A stretch of 64,000 bases of DNA from Schizochytrium sp. TIO01 (GCA_004764695.1 SMSO01000031.1:5370436-5434435), one strand, 5' to 3'; numbered from the stretch's first letter, positions 12,801 to 24,588 are shown. The notes: a model not told the origin generated them from the sequence alone. Numbers and translations: made by a program.

Positions 12801-13773
12801 AGCAATCATCGAACTGCTTGAGTTTGTACGCATGGAAAAGATTCGTTTGCTTATCAAGTACATTGTAGAAACCTTTGGCGATAAGCTGAATAGCATTGAT
12901 TATGTGGATACATATACTCGTCTCAAAGAGGCGTACGAACAAAATAAAACAGACGGGGGCAACGATGGCTCCGCGCATGCACGCTTTCAGCATCAGCGTC
13001 ACGGGCGCTCAAGTCTTTTGGGTATGTCAGAGGTTGGAAATGGCGCAAACGCACCCAATGCGCTCAGTGGCACTGGCTCTGTTGAATTTGATTTTCGACC
13101 GTTCGGCGAGCACGGTCGTCAATTGCCACAAGATGAGGAGGACTATTTTCAGCAGCGGCCACAGGATACCCCGGAAAGCTCTATTGATAATGCGGCAGAA
13201 CAGCAGCCAGAACAGCAAAGCGCGCCCGCCGGTGCAGATGCACAGGACCAGTCTGCTGACTCTACGTCCTCGTTCCGTCGCATGCACCGAGGACTTGTAC
13301 CGTATACAGAAGATGAAGGAGAGGTGGATGATGAAATTGAAGACTACGATGATGATGATGATGAAAATAACGCCTCTGGTTCAATGGCTGCCCGGAAAAA
13401 TAAGCGAAAGGCAAAGAGCCTTCGCGTGGTTGTCGATACAAAAACACTCCCACCTGCATCTTCATCAGCTTCGGATGCTGTCCGCACTATGAAGGAGCAA
13501 ACGGTCCCACCAAAGAACGCAGCTGAAGAGGGTAATGTTCCTCCAGGACCCACTATCGAAGAGACTGGTCGTGGGGATATTCCTGACTCCTCTGCTGTTT
13601 CATCGGCATCTAGAGAACTGGGACCTGAGTCCTGGTTAGTAACTTCAGACGATGTACCTCCACAAAAGAATTCATTTGCTACGGCAGGAACGGTAGGAGC
13701 TGCTGACGCGACAAAATTATTGTCAGGATCCGAAGCAGATGACGCAAGCTCGAAGAAGGCTCGCATTGACTGA
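9826..13773 (+). CDS. PPP4R3: Protein phosphatase 4 regulatory subunit 3 (SMEK/PSY2/Falafel)
   Basis: EVH1-like RRWRVKVYRLDNESRWIDEGTG...YQPQGKMIITWSEP; SMK-1 domain VGVLEYDPE...HREFL...KVHQSFRIRFFRD; C-terminal LLSFCVQTHGFRIKYF...DDFYNRHI...NGPRNNLINSAIIELLEF. First ATG at 9826 (ORF track start 9688 is TTG). Confidence 0.92.
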   Translation: MQADPMASASNSASNSNCGASGTQTVGGNPVANSSTSLSSAAASQGARANGIHEGAHHSSSNSINSMEVEAPRDDQQRAGEQKDNVKRRWRVKVYRLDNESRWIDEGTGMVEIKYLRRINGNAIQVTADHENETPGKIILESAIVAEDIYQPQGKMIITWSEPTSNMELAISFEEQQGCEYILDQLCQIQGRVSGDFHGGPRGAPNEYGYRTMMRDGEVESGESSFQDSMERLELPDPDIENLEGIADLVMSMSPLVRETYLNAILSPFTPKDKSKARRKRRRAGGSARKRPRALSSDAQGSISGSSSDTKAKNQHGSNYALESSGETKSDGNGITSENAVKNNHLQQANTTTDSDAAVRDTKDDKDGHCSGSTGSGSSSGTTTGSLEAIDRRGEHANGGTPSLDDEASSGDDHEDPERYTYLQALLDTFHECESKGDLRSLHTLFIIVRTLVLFNEPVFLEELLSDTYFEDIVGVLEYDPEVKPKPNHREFLRKHVQHKMVVPIEDPETLRKVHQSFRIRFFRDAVMPRTLDEATAGIITDMDAMNGIQIASALHVDPHYLHNIFDLLRSESTPVDKRNDAVGLLQELCSLAKKMQVPQRNAFYRSLMKKGENFFGIFERILGDPNSTVQERLNIGDILKLALDHDPTQLRSFILMEKSQPQSPRVRAIEVMNRLIEDPHTPVRVKLQRQMDLFAQPETPRNGEERPPLSLMAQLLKRLVFDPEAGMQAQAMEILKMLLDPETMEAAEKESFLTLFYDHYIAWLVLPLEMVRIKQSSVNGGVSGASPVLSSSSASSSSSSSSLSAVSSTAATVSSIPSGITPSAPHTSINTTLYPPSSANLPSGTAPPAGMPGNEALTTAPPGYQLVMCSGLLDAHTTSGPRSAEDRQLERKAAETARVAEHHITDLLSFCVQTHGFRIKYFVLNKDIISKVLRLLHSRDKHLVLSAIRFARTCVGLKDDFYNRHIVKLNLFSSIFDIFVSNGPRNNLINSAIIELLEFVRMEKIRLLIKYIVETFGDKLNSIDYVDTYTRLKEAYEQNKTDGGNDGSAHARFQHQRHGRSSLLGMSEVGNGANAPNALSGTGSVEFDFRPFGEHGRQLPQDEEDYFQQRPQDTPESSIDNAAEQQPEQQSAPAGADAQDQSADSTSSFRRMHRGLVPYTEDEGEVDDEIEDYDDDDDENNASGSMAARKNKRKAKSLRVVVDTKTLPPASSSASDAVRTMKEQTVPPKNAAEEGNVPPGPTIEETGRGDIPDSSAVSSASRELGPESWLVTSDDVPPQKNSFATAGTVGAADATKLLSGSEADDASSKKARID

Positions 13774-14393
13774 TCAGTTTCTTATCACCCCTGCTTTGTT
13801 TCTTGTGTTTTATGGTGGTCTCTGATGATCTCAATTTTGTTGGAAGCTTAGCATGAGTCTCTCGCCCCCGTGTATACAATCATGCCTGCAGATGGGTGTG
13901 TGTGGGTGACGCCCTTGATTGCTTGGTTGGGCATTCGAACGATTGAGATTGTGTAGTAAACCCCCCAAAAGGTAGCCACAATTTAGTGTGTTTAACTATC
14001 CTCGATTTTTGCAACTACATTGAGCTTTGTTTCACACTGCGGCATTCTTGTGCCCGAAACTACATCTACTTGCCTATCTACTAGTGGCCCTACTTCACCT
14101 TAAGTACTGCTGCAATTTAAACCAACAACGAATTTAATGAATTTAGCACCCATCTACTTCTTCAGAGGTATATCTTTCAGCTCAACTTGTTTCTTATATC
14201 GACAGCACCCTATGACAACTAGTATTGTTTCCATTGCCGATACTCTTATCAAAGTTCGAAGTCTGGGGATTCAGCATTACAAAAAAACAAACACATATAT
14301 AAATATATCTTTAAATCACACAATCACAGAGAGGAGAATAAATTTAACCTTGGCCATGTTCTTTTCGAACCAGTTAAGTTTGAGTGTGTTGCA

Positions 14394-17300
14394 CTAAGCA
14401 CGGTTTCGTGGTACGCGAGGAATGTATTCGCATTCTTCAAGAACAGGCGCATCCCACCTCACCTCTGAAGTTTCGCAATGTTCCCAATAAGGTAGATCAC
14501 TGAAAGGATCAACCTTTTGATTCCACTTTTCGAACTCTGCGCGTTGGAAGATGGCCTCGGCGTTCAAAGCAGCACGATCTAAAGCTCGTTGATTCTCTTC
14601 CTCCATTGCGTGATGTCTTCGCCAATATACGTTACGGCGTGTCCACACTCGCCATGTCTCGAATGTCATGCGAACACCCAAATGCATCCAATTGAACATG
14701 ATCCGTCGCATAATGCGATACTCTTTCATCGTGTCCAAGGATACCTTCCTCCTTTCAGCAAGTTCGTAAGCATGGACGAGGTTCTGACGGAGATCGATTG
14801 CGCGTTTGGCGTGTACAGAGGTGAAGGCTTCGTGTAAAACTGCGTGCAGGTGGCCTCTTGGTCTATATTTATGCATGATGTTATCAGGATGAGATAACAT
14901 CTTAAATCTTTCTTCCGCATCTTCTTGCTGAACTTGCAAAATTGCTAGCTCCATGTCTTCTGGGCAATTTGCAATATCGTCATCCAAGTCTTGGACCTTT
15001 TTTTGGACCTCTTTCGCCTCCCAGCCTCGTAGTCTTTCCAATTGCGCAGTCAACTTAAAACGCTTTTTATTAAGCTCCTCGATTCGCGAATTCCGTGACT
15101 TATTCAAAGCCTCGCGACGTATTTCTAGCTTTCGTAGACGCGTTCGACGTCTTCGTTCAATGCGAAGTTGGTGCCTTGTGATGAATCTTTCTTGCCGTTC
15201 TTGTTCAATCAAGTTGGCTGCTTCTGACTGAGCCAGCTCCAAGAAAAAAGCTTGGCCTTGCTCGCTTCCTGCGTATATGTTACTCATTGTATCAATTTCG
15301 GCAAGTCGTTCTTCAAGTGTTGCCTCTTCCTCATTTCGGGATTCTCGATCGATTTTGGTGAAGTATGTTACCAGTCCAATTTTCAAAAGTTGAGCTTTGC
15401 GTTCGCAATTGAAGTACAGATTTGGTGGCACACAAATCCGCGGTTCACCATTTCTCTGGCACGCGCACCTTCGAAACTGTGCGTTTTGATCACTACAGAA
15501 TACGAGGCCGTAGGAATCTTGGTAGTTTGTGAGTGCGTCCTTAATATCTGCGCTTGTAAATTCAAAAGGGAATAAAAAGCGAGGCAGTTTGCTCAATGCA
15601 AGCCTGGTCCTGTGAACACGCTCCTCTTCTTTTGTTCTTTGTCGGGTATTGTCAGCCCCAAAGCTTCCGTGCAGAGCCGTATGGGTCACAGCAAGCTCTT
15701 GCATAATTTCTTCTCTCCGTCGAAGTGTTGAGGTTGATTCTTTTTTGTCTGCAATTGTCTCTTCGGCTACTTCTTCCTTGGGAGCAAATAGGTCATCGAT
15801 GCTATCATTGCCATCTTTTTCTTCATCGCTTTCTTCGCCGCTGGATCCTGCGTCGCCAGCATCGCCCCCTCCTTGATTTGCAGATGTGGTTTTCATATTA
15901 TTCTTGGTATCATTGTTTTCCTTACTCGCGGTGCTGGCCTCATTCAACTTTTGAAGTTGTGTTGCGTCCTCTAGCTCTGCTTCTAGCCTTTGTTGGCGTT
16001 CTGCTAACTCTCGACGCTCTTGATATCTGGCCTTGCGCTCTTCAAGCATGGCAGAATCTTTGGATAACTCCTGAATGAATTCGTTGTACCGGGGGATTGC
16101 AACACTTTCAAGGTACCCAGATGAAAATGCAAAATATAGATCTCGCTTTTCCCCTATAGCTTCGGTTGTCATACCTGCTATGCACTGACTTGGATCATGC
16201 AGATTCTCTTCCTCTAGAGTTGCCATGAGACCCTGAATTTGCTGGATAACAACCTGCCTCTCTTTATCACGATAAACTCCTACATTTTGAGCAAACCACT
16301 CCCGAATTACAGGAACACCTTTGATAATTACCTCGAGATTAGGCACTCTCATAGGATTGCCTTCAAGATGAAGGGATTGCATCTTTTCTAGTAAAAGAAA
16401 GTCAGGTGGAAGTTGACTGATTTGATTCCAATCCAGCCACAATCTTTGAAGGTTATGGCACTGACAAATTTCATCAGGAATATATTTGATGAGGTTGTCA
16501 CAAAGTGAAAGATGTTGAAGCTGCTTGAGGGCTCCAATACCTTTTGGTATGCGCCTAATCTTATTATGGTCGGCTGTCAGTGTGACAAGAGTAGAGCCAA
16601 AGCGTTCAATATTGGAAGGCAGCATCGTAAGTGAAATCCCTGTCCATGACATTATTTTGCACCTGAGATCTACAATAGTTGAAGGTAGTACTGGGATGCA
16701 GTTCCCTTCCAAACCAAGTCTTGGCATGGCTTGTAAGTTTCCAATACTTTCGGGGAGTTGTTTGATTTTGTTTGAGGTAATATTTAATGCTTCTAGTTTG
16801 GAAAGGTCACCAATATTTTCGGGTAAGTACTCAAGTTCATTTCGGATCACATTCAAATCTCGAAGATTAGCAAGTGTTGTAATTTCATCGGGTAATTCTA
16901 CTAAGCCACAGTTACTTAAACTCAAGACTTCTAAATTTCCCAGGCAAGCGAATATATCCGAAGGTAGTCGGACGAGAGGGTTGCCGATAAGTCGAATAAG
17001 CGTTAATCGAGGCCCTATTTCATACACCCGAGGGCTGATTTCTGTGAAGTGAAGCCAGTTCGCAATTAGCTCCCCATTGTATTCTGCAGTATATATCGGC
17101 CCGCTCCATCGATGTGCAATTGCATCAATTAACGCCTGGGCCTCCTTTTCCTTTCTGTCCTCCCGTTCAAAGTTCCGCTTAGTCTCACGTTCCTCAAATG
17201 CAATCTTAAGTCGGAGACTGTCATGCTCTTTGCGCTGATACTCCTCAAATGCGAGCTCTTCACGTTCGTCCATAGATAATTCATGGTCCAATTTCTCCAG

Positions 17301-17797
17301 GATGTGGTAATAGTGCTCTCCTGTAACTACATGCTCCACAAAGATGTTTCCAGTTCTACGATCAAATCTTTTCCGTAGCACCGCCTCGCACTGAAAGAAA
17401 AGTTTGGTACGTGCTAGTCTTCGCCGTACAATGCTTTGCACAAGAGTTGCTGCCGCATCTTGGATGCGGAGGTTTGCTATCATTAGAATATACTTCAGAC
17501 GCACGTTTACATGGTTAGTTTTCGTTTATGGCATTACAGGGAAATGAAATTTTGACCAAGTAAGTTTTGTAGTCAATAAGATGCAGCCTTAAAAGTCTGA
17601 GACGTACCTCCTGCGGGTGGCAGCCTTCCACATTGCTTACACCGCTCTACACCGTATGCATTTTCTTTCTTGCACAACACGCATTTCCAAGGTACAATGT
17701 TTTGACGTTTCCAGCGCGTAGCCCAGTCGCGCCGAGTCCTGACATCCCGTTGTGTTCCATGCGGAGCAGCATTGGACCTGGACGTTGTGGGATGCAT
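14394..17797 (-). CDS. Spliced RanBP2-type Zn finger / IQ / leucine-rich-repeat / coiled-coil / WW protein
   Basis: Upstream exon has WKCVLCKKENAYGVERCKQCG. A GT..AG intron at 17607..17477 (131 nt, phase 1, CTAAC/CTAAT branch motifs) joins it in frame to ORF 14394..17504, which has AATLVQSIVRRRLAR (IQ), ~10 LxxLxLxxNxL repeats and C-terminal KWNQKVDPFSDLPYWEHCETSEVRWDAP (WW). The 5' end may extend to 17956/18005. Confidence 0.78.
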
Positions 17798-18947
17798 AGC
17801 CCCTGTGCTTGCGTGCCGCTCTAATCTTTCCGGTTTGCCATTCGTACCCCGCTTGACCTGATTGAATTTTGTCGCACTAGAACAGTTACCCGGGGCTAAT
17901 CTCTGTCGGAGTTCTCTTGATCTCGGCTGATCTCTCTGTAAGCGCGTCGAAGTATTCTACATCGCAAACATCGCTCCCACTAAGTACTGCGAGTGTATAT
18001 ACCATGTGTCCGGTAACGCGCTCAATACTGCAAGCAGAACATTTAGAATTTATGGAATCTATGGAACTTATGAAACCTAAAGTATTGATAGAAAAAGCAG
18101 ATTCTATATAGTGATAAGGGACCTAGTACTACCTAGTGTCCAGTTGACGATGACTTTTCCGATTCCCAGATCTTGAACTTGTGTCGCCACGTCTATTCAA
18201 TCTTGCGAAGCTTGGCGTAAGGACACTTCTCCAAGAGTGGAACATCTAGGTCTACTAATCACGAAGGTTGGGAGTCTTTCTTTAAAAATCTGTATGATGC
18301 AGCGCATTCGCACTCTGGAGCAACACCTGGCACCTTCTGCGACAGTCACTCCTGGATCGGGAGAGCCGCAGTGCTCGTGCAGTAGATGCCGTGGCGTAAG
18401 CTTGGAGCCTGATGCAGGCGAGATCTGTGTGCGTAATAGCGCTCACGCTCACATCGGCCTTGCCCACCCCCACAAGTGCAGTGCCAAGGCATCTCATTAA
18501 TGATAAGTAAATGATGAGTACCTACTATAATAAGCAGGTGTACAGAAATGCCCAAGTATAAAAAGTAGACGTTATGTATGACTAGCCCGTACATGGTATA
18601 ATGGTTTTCAGTATGGGTCGGTCATGATCGAACGCTGCGGTGCATTCTAATCATCGAAGCTTGATTCGATTTCTTTGCTGTACTGGAAAGGCATACGTGA
18701 TCCAGATGTTGACGTGACCTTGAAAAACAAACATCTTCCCTTGGGGCTGCGAGATGTAGCCCTGATATGATTGTAGAAACCAAGATATCGTTTATGTTTA
18801 AGGCTTCGAATGTGCTTGATTAAACAACTAAAACATAAGATATATATATATACAATAACATTAATATTCATGTAGCAATTCTTCAGAAGTTTATTACATT
18901 CCTTTCCAGTATTCGTGCTTGTTTTACTTTTCTTCTCTTTGAAGCTT

Positions 18948-20978
18948 TTACGATCTCCTCCTGTGTCTCTGGCGCAACTCCTCTCGTTCTGCTTTTTCAC
19001 GAAGGTCATTGTCTTGGACAATCTGCTCAACAGTTCTATAAATGGGCCGGCGATCAACTTGCACGGGTACAATCCTCGTATGCGCTTCGCGAGGGTTCAC
19101 TACAGATTCAGAGCGGCGTGTGCGAGAAGCATCTTTGGGTCGTGATACCTGCTGAACTAGTTGGGTATTGCTGTTGGCTTTGCTGATCTGGTCGTCGAGC
19201 TGCTTGAGAACCTCATCAAGTTGCGTTAAGGAGGTGGATTCAGTTTCTGCAGTGGCAACAGAGAGGAGATGATCACTACTCGGACATGCAGACAAAGGCT
19301 CCCCAATAAAACTAGAGTCTTTTGGTTCAATATCTAAGAGTTCTTCTTTGAGGCTGCGATGCTGGTACTGCGATTTCCCATTGTTCTTACTCGTTGCTAA
19401 TTCAAGACTCGAGCGTAGACGCTCAATTTTCGAAAGCTGGGTCGCTAAGCTGCCTACTAGAGTGGCTCGACGCTGTAGCTCATCTCTATTGGTCATTTGA
19501 TCCTCACTCGCACTGTCACTTGCCGACTTTCCTGAGGTATCATCGAACGCCGAGGTGTTTGGAGGTTTCCTCCAATTCTGCTGGTCATTGTTGTTTTTTG
19601 TGTCTTCTTCAACGCAGGTAGACAATTGCAAGATTTGCGCGTTGGAGAACTCTCGCTCAACATCAGTTTCAAACGTTGCGCTAGAAGCCGGTGAGCGGAA
19701 GGTGCTAAAAGATGTCTGTTTCCCAGCTTTGAAAGACTTGCCAATACGTTTAGAGTTTGTAGCTGGAAGATAAACAAGCCTCTTCGAAGACCCCCCGAGA
19801 CGCTTGAGCTCTTGCTTTCTATTTTCCTCGTAGCGTTGCTCATGAATTCGAAGGCGTCGTTCTAATTCCTTGATGCGAACAGTTTTATGTGCGGCGTCAC
19901 GTCGCAGTTGGACAACTTCTGGATGGTACTTGAAGCTGAATTCTGTACGCCGAGTTAACTTGGTCATGTTTCGAAGTTTGTTTGAGCATTGAGCTAAAGA
20001 ACGTTTAACTTGCGTTTCCAGGGTTTCCATGTCTAGAAGCACGCTTGATGAAAATGCTTGTATCGCACTTCGTATTTGTGGTTCAGTTTCCTGTATTCGA
20101 TGTTCTAACTTGGTAACAAGGTTCTTGCTCTCGGTGTCACGAGCTAGACTCTCAGTGACTTGTTTATGAGATATGCTTCGTTCTGTTTCGAGCTGATTTT
20201 CAAGTTGAGCGACTTGAACACGCATTGATTTTATATCAAATCGCTCAAGGTATTCCAATTTGTTCCGAAGTTCTGCATTTTCACGCTCGCATTTCACTTT
20301 GTCACGCTGCAACCCTGCCATTTCGTCCAATATCGATTGAATTCGCGACTGAGCGCTTTGTAGCCGGGCATTAAGAATATTCATCTTTTGTTTTTCAGAG
20401 ATAACCGATACACCCTGATACTGTTGAAGCGGTTCTTCACTATCTTCATCTCTTTTGTCAACAGCTGTTTGACTATTTCCACTGAGGAAGCTTCCAAGCC
20501 CAGGCTTATCTTTCTGAAAGCGTTCAACAGGATCTGCACAATTTTCTGTAGGCTCTACACGAGAACTTATGGTGTCACGCATACCACCAGGAGAAGTGAT
20601 TCCCTTCATTGTGCTTTGACGCGTGACTTCGTGATAGCGCGTTGCACTGAAAAGCGACTCTTTCAAACCAATAATTTCTTTCATAAACGCTAAGCGTTGC
20701 GACTCAAGTAAATCTTCACGATTAGCAATTCGAGATTCCAAGGTGCTGACTGTTTTCCGAAGTGCATCAGCTTCCTTCCGAACATCAAACAGACGAGTTT
20801 TGCATGCTGCAAGTTCGCGCTCATCTGCCGTAAGGGCATTTGTAATAAAATGGTGAAGTTCCTTCTCCACAAGACGGCGACAAAACACGAGGCCATTGCG
20901 TTCATTACGCTCAGTACTAATACGTTCTAATACGCCGCGCAATCGCCTTGTGACCTCTTCGGCCTCATATTCAAGCAT
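18948..20978 (-). CDS. Hypothetical coiled-coil protein
   Basis: 676-aa ORF from ATG with several heptad E/K/R/L-rich segments; no family recognised. Confidence 0.75.
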   Translation of the reverse strand: MLEYEAEEVTRRLRGVLERISTERNERNGLVFCRRLVEKELHHFITNALTADERELAACKTRLFDVRKEADALRKTVSTLESRIANREDLLESQRLAFMKEIIGLKESLFSATRYHEVTRQSTMKGITSPGGMRDTISSRVEPTENCADPVERFQKDKPGLGSFLSGNSQTAVDKRDEDSEEPLQQYQGVSVISEKQKMNILNARLQSAQSRIQSILDEMAGLQRDKVKCERENAELRNKLEYLERFDIKSMRVQVAQLENQLETERSISHKQVTESLARDTESKNLVTKLEHRIQETEPQIRSAIQAFSSSVLLDMETLETQVKRSLAQCSNKLRNMTKLTRRTEFSFKYHPEVVQLRRDAAHKTVRIKELERRLRIHEQRYEENRKQELKRLGGSSKRLVYLPATNSKRIGKSFKAGKQTSFSTFRSPASSATFETDVEREFSNAQILQLSTCVEEDTKNNNDQQNWRKPPNTSAFDDTSGKSASDSASEDQMTNRDELQRRATLVGSLATQLSKIERLRSSLELATSKNNGKSQYQHRSLKEELLDIEPKDSSFIGEPLSACPSSDHLLSVATAETESTSLTQLDEVLKQLDDQISKANSNTQLVQQVSRPKDASRTRRSESVVNPREAHTRIVPVQVDRRPIYRTVEQIVQDNDLREKAEREELRQRHRRRS

Positions 20979-21690
20979 GCTCGTTCAACTCTGTACGCAT
21001 CAGCTCTACAACTTGGTCTACAAATATTTCGTAAACTTGCCAGCGTGACCAACTTTTGCCGATCTAATCTACTTAATTTTTTTGTTTTGCTTCATTTTCG
21101 TTCGTCCTTAAAGGTTTTCTTCTTGAAATTATATTGGTTTATATGAATTTTTTTTGAGATTGTAAAAGATTTTGATGATTATATGCAACCTTACTAACGC
21201 CTGATGTTTAACAATCCCGACTTTTCTAAAGATTTCATGTGATAAAGTTCGCTGTCCTTTTCTTATGATTGTACTTTCTCCAAGCTTCAAAGATAGGCTA
21301 GGGATTCGAGACATAAGCCATCTTTGGTCAACGCATAATCTACTTTTCAGAGCGAATGCTCAGAGTGTCCTTGCAAACGTTATCATTACCTCCAAAAGAG
21401 AGATCCGTTAGGTACCATGAAACCTTCACTTCTGTGAAAACAACTTTAAAAAATTCTTTAATCTGCGAAGCTAGTCGCTCTATCACTTCAAGTTGCACAC
21501 GAGTTGGTACGGAAACTTTGACTTGTCACATAGGCACGCAATCTTCGACGGCAGTTTCCTGCCTCAAAGGGTGCCCCCTTCTTGCAGTCGCAGGTCCGCC
21601 CTCCAAGCACAAGCGAACTGAAATCCTCGTCATGTCCTTGTGTACTTGAGCACTCCAAAGCAGCAAAACTATACTCCTCGGCGTGTAAAA

Positions 21691-24027
21691 ATGATGGTGG
21701 ATTCCACTACAAGATCAGGTCCGACTGTGGAATGGAGGGCACCTTCGGGTTTGGAAGAGTGGTCGTGGACACCTCCAAAGGAACTTTTGCAGCGCATACG
21801 AAAGAAAGCGCTGTCAGCTGCCCATAGCGAACATGATCAACACTCTGTCGTGTCTCCGCACGGGTTTGTAAGCTTTCAAGTACTCAAGCGAAGCAAGCTC
21901 AGGTTAAAGCAGAGACTTTTGGTAATGCATACTGATCTTGATGTCTTGGTCATGGCAGACCCTGAGGAGGAGGATGCCAAGCTCTTGCCAATACAACACA
22001 TCGTTAGGCTTGACGTTGACGAAGTTAAGACCCCATTACGAAAGATATTTGCAAGTAATACACACTATTCAGTGCCGCTCGATATCTGGACAGCTCACAT
22101 TGATGACGATGGCAGATTCGAGACCGTGTCACATACTTACATGTTTTGCTCAGCAGAGGATCGTTCTAGACTTGTACAGTTTGTACGTGCTCATCTTTCG
22201 TGTGGATCATTTCATCCAGTCGTCAAGCCACCTGTTCAAAGCCCCTTCGCTTCTTCAAGCGAATCAAAAGTAAACTCTGAAGAATCTGCCACAGATACCT
22301 CAACACGAATAGGATCAGGAGAACTATCACCTTCGCAGATGTCTCGGTCTCCCAAATCAGCGGCTCGAGCACCTACAGTTCTGCTTCAAGCAGGTGATGT
22401 TGCCGCAAGGGCCGTAACATCCTGCATTAAAACGCTACCAAAGGAAGAGTGGACGGCAGAATTTGACCATGTAACATTTATACATCAGGATGTACAAGCT
22501 GGGGACCTGCATAAGCTGGTTCATGGACTTTTTCATGTGTCAAACTATCGTCTCTGTTTTCTAATGTATGCATGGCCCCTTAACGAAAGCGGAGCGCAGC
22601 TACAGGGCTTCGAAGCAGTATTAAGAAACGGCAAGATTTCAGCAGTTGTCGAGATCCCTCTTGAAACCGTACATGAAGTCTCGCTCAATGCAGGCCAAGT
22701 TCGGTTTATGACAGACGACTTACGCACGTTAACATTTATTTGCGACTTCTCTTCTGCACAAATAAAAGGAATGCGAGACTTAATTTTGGAGAGGAAAAAA
22801 GCAGTTCGCGGCAGCTTCACGTACCACCAGGGCGTCTCCCAAGACGTTTCATGGGAAAAGTGGGCATGTTGGTCACCCCCAACAGAATTGGAAAGTTTCA
22901 ATACGGCTTTGCGCAAGGCTGCAATACATCATGCAGTCTCCGCTGAGGATTGCATTCAGTTAAGTTTATACGATCAAGGTGAAAAGTTTTCGCTTTGTAA
23001 GTCATACCCGCGGCAGTTAGTGGTGCCCGCCTCATTTACTAAAGAGTCTATCGAAAAGATTGCCTCGTTTCGTAGTCGTGGGCGCATTCCAGTTGTGCGA
23101 TGGGTTCATCCTCGAACTGGTGCGGTACTATGTCGTAGTAGCCAGCCTATGGTGGGCATCACAAATAATCGCTGCTCTGAAGACGAACATTTGCTAGAGG
23201 TTCTATGCAAGCCGTGCCAAAAGCAGCAACTTTTTATTGTAGATGCTCGTGGTCGCCCAGCAGTGCTCGGAAATACATTACAAGGTCGTGGGTTAGAACG
23301 TGCAAGTGCATACCAGGGTGCAACAATCCAACTTTGTCAAATTGGGAATATCCATACAATGCGTACGAGTGTTCTTGAACTTGCGAGCAGTTTTTCGGCA
23401 GCCGATGATTCAAATTTTTGGGAGAAAGTAGAAAACTCTCGTTGGCTTGCTCACTTAACTGGGATCATGGCTGCGTCCAATTATGTCGCGCGCCGCCTGC
23501 ATGATGGTGATGGTACTGTTTTAGTACATTGCAGCGATGGATTTGACCGTACGCCACAACTGATTTGCATGGTTAAGCTCATTCTTGATCCACGGTCTCG
23601 TACGCTAGATGGATTTTGTAGATTAGTTGCTACTGAGTGGTGTGGTTTCGGTCACAAATTTGCACAGCGCTGCAAGCTAGAGTGTGGTAACGAGTACAGC
23701 CCGATTTTTGTGCAGTTCCTGGATGCCGTACACAATCTTCTACGCTACTCTCCACAGGCTTTTGAGTTCAATGAGTCACTCTTGGTCTTTTTAGCAGAGC
23801 ATACTTACAGTGCCCGGTTTGGGAACTTTTTACATGATAGCGAAGCAGATCGAGCTGATGACAAGGTTGTGGAGCGTACTGCTTCGATTTGGATGGCAAT
23901 TCTCTTTGACCCATCCTTGCAAGGCAGATTCACGAACACGAATTTCACTGCCTTAGAGATGCCAGTTTGGCCACCGTTGGCCACAAAGAGCTTAATTCCC
24001 TTTTTCGCATTTTTTGACAACCGGTAG
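21691..24027 (+). CDS. Myotubularin-related phosphoinositide 3-phosphatase (PH-GRAM + PTP-like domain)
   Basis: LCKSYPRQLVVP, FRSRGRIPV, LCRSSQPMVG, IVDARG, IGNIHTMR, VLVHCSDGFDRT, EWCGFGHKF, SPIFVQFLD, FEFNE, RFGNFL motifs. ATG at 21691. Confidence 0.92.
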   Translation: MMVDSTTRSGPTVEWRAPSGLEEWSWTPPKELLQRIRKKALSAAHSEHDQHSVVSPHGFVSFQVLKRSKLRLKQRLLVMHTDLDVLVMADPEEEDAKLLPIQHIVRLDVDEVKTPLRKIFASNTHYSVPLDIWTAHIDDDGRFETVSHTYMFCSAEDRSRLVQFVRAHLSCGSFHPVVKPPVQSPFASSSESKVNSEESATDTSTRIGSGELSPSQMSRSPKSAARAPTVLLQAGDVAARAVTSCIKTLPKEEWTAEFDHVTFIHQDVQAGDLHKLVHGLFHVSNYRLCFLMYAWPLNESGAQLQGFEAVLRNGKISAVVEIPLETVHEVSLNAGQVRFMTDDLRTLTFICDFSSAQIKGMRDLILERKKAVRGSFTYHQGVSQDVSWEKWACWSPPTELESFNTALRKAAIHHAVSAEDCIQLSLYDQGEKFSLCKSYPRQLVVPASFTKESIEKIASFRSRGRIPVVRWVHPRTGAVLCRSSQPMVGITNNRCSEDEHLLEVLCKPCQKQQLFIVDARGRPAVLGNTLQGRGLERASAYQGATIQLCQIGNIHTMRTSVLELASSFSAADDSNFWEKVENSRWLAHLTGIMAASNYVARRLHDGDGTVLVHCSDGFDRTPQLICMVKLILDPRSRTLDGFCRLVATEWCGFGHKFAQRCKLECGNEYSPIFVQFLDAVHNLLRYSPQAFEFNESLLVFLAEHTYSARFGNFLHDSEADRADDKVVERTASIWMAILFDPSLQGRFTNTNFTALEMPVWPPLATKSLIPFFAFFDNR

Positions 24028-24588
24028 ACACATAAATTGTGTTGTTAACTGTTACCAGGCATGCGCTGGCTGTGCTTAATTTAGCCATAGGAAGTGATAT
24101 CATGTAGCATAGTGATAAAAAGTTTTAAAAATTCCATGTTATGATAGTTAAATCGGTATTATTACTCGTTTGTGGTAGATAGGTTTTATGATCATAACAC
24201 AGAAAAAAAGAATGCATCAAATTTTTCAGCATTGTACGGGACGATTTTATATCAGTGTGCAATGGTGGATTTCTCCAGATCAGCAAATTTAGCGATACGC
24301 ACTCAAAAAGAATTCAAAGAAGTTTGGGCTTTTTGCATGCAGTAGCAGCACACAAGGAATTGCAATTTATTTTCAGAAAACGAGTAGTTCTGCGAAGCGT
24401 TTAGCTAAAACGCGAGAAGAGGGAGGGGATTCTGCTGCTTTTAAAGTATATGTACATGCATTCACCCAAATCATGGTGTAGGCTGTGTGCTCTGTGCGAT
24501 AATTAATGTGCAACTATGACTTACTGGTGGCAATTGTTAAACTCAGATACGCACGGCGCACAGAAGGTTGGGCGGACGTAGGTTGCCA

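Noticed and set aside
18237-18594. Overlapping Cys-rich short ORFs
   Set aside because: No consistent frame or recognisable motif; cannot be supported as a gene.
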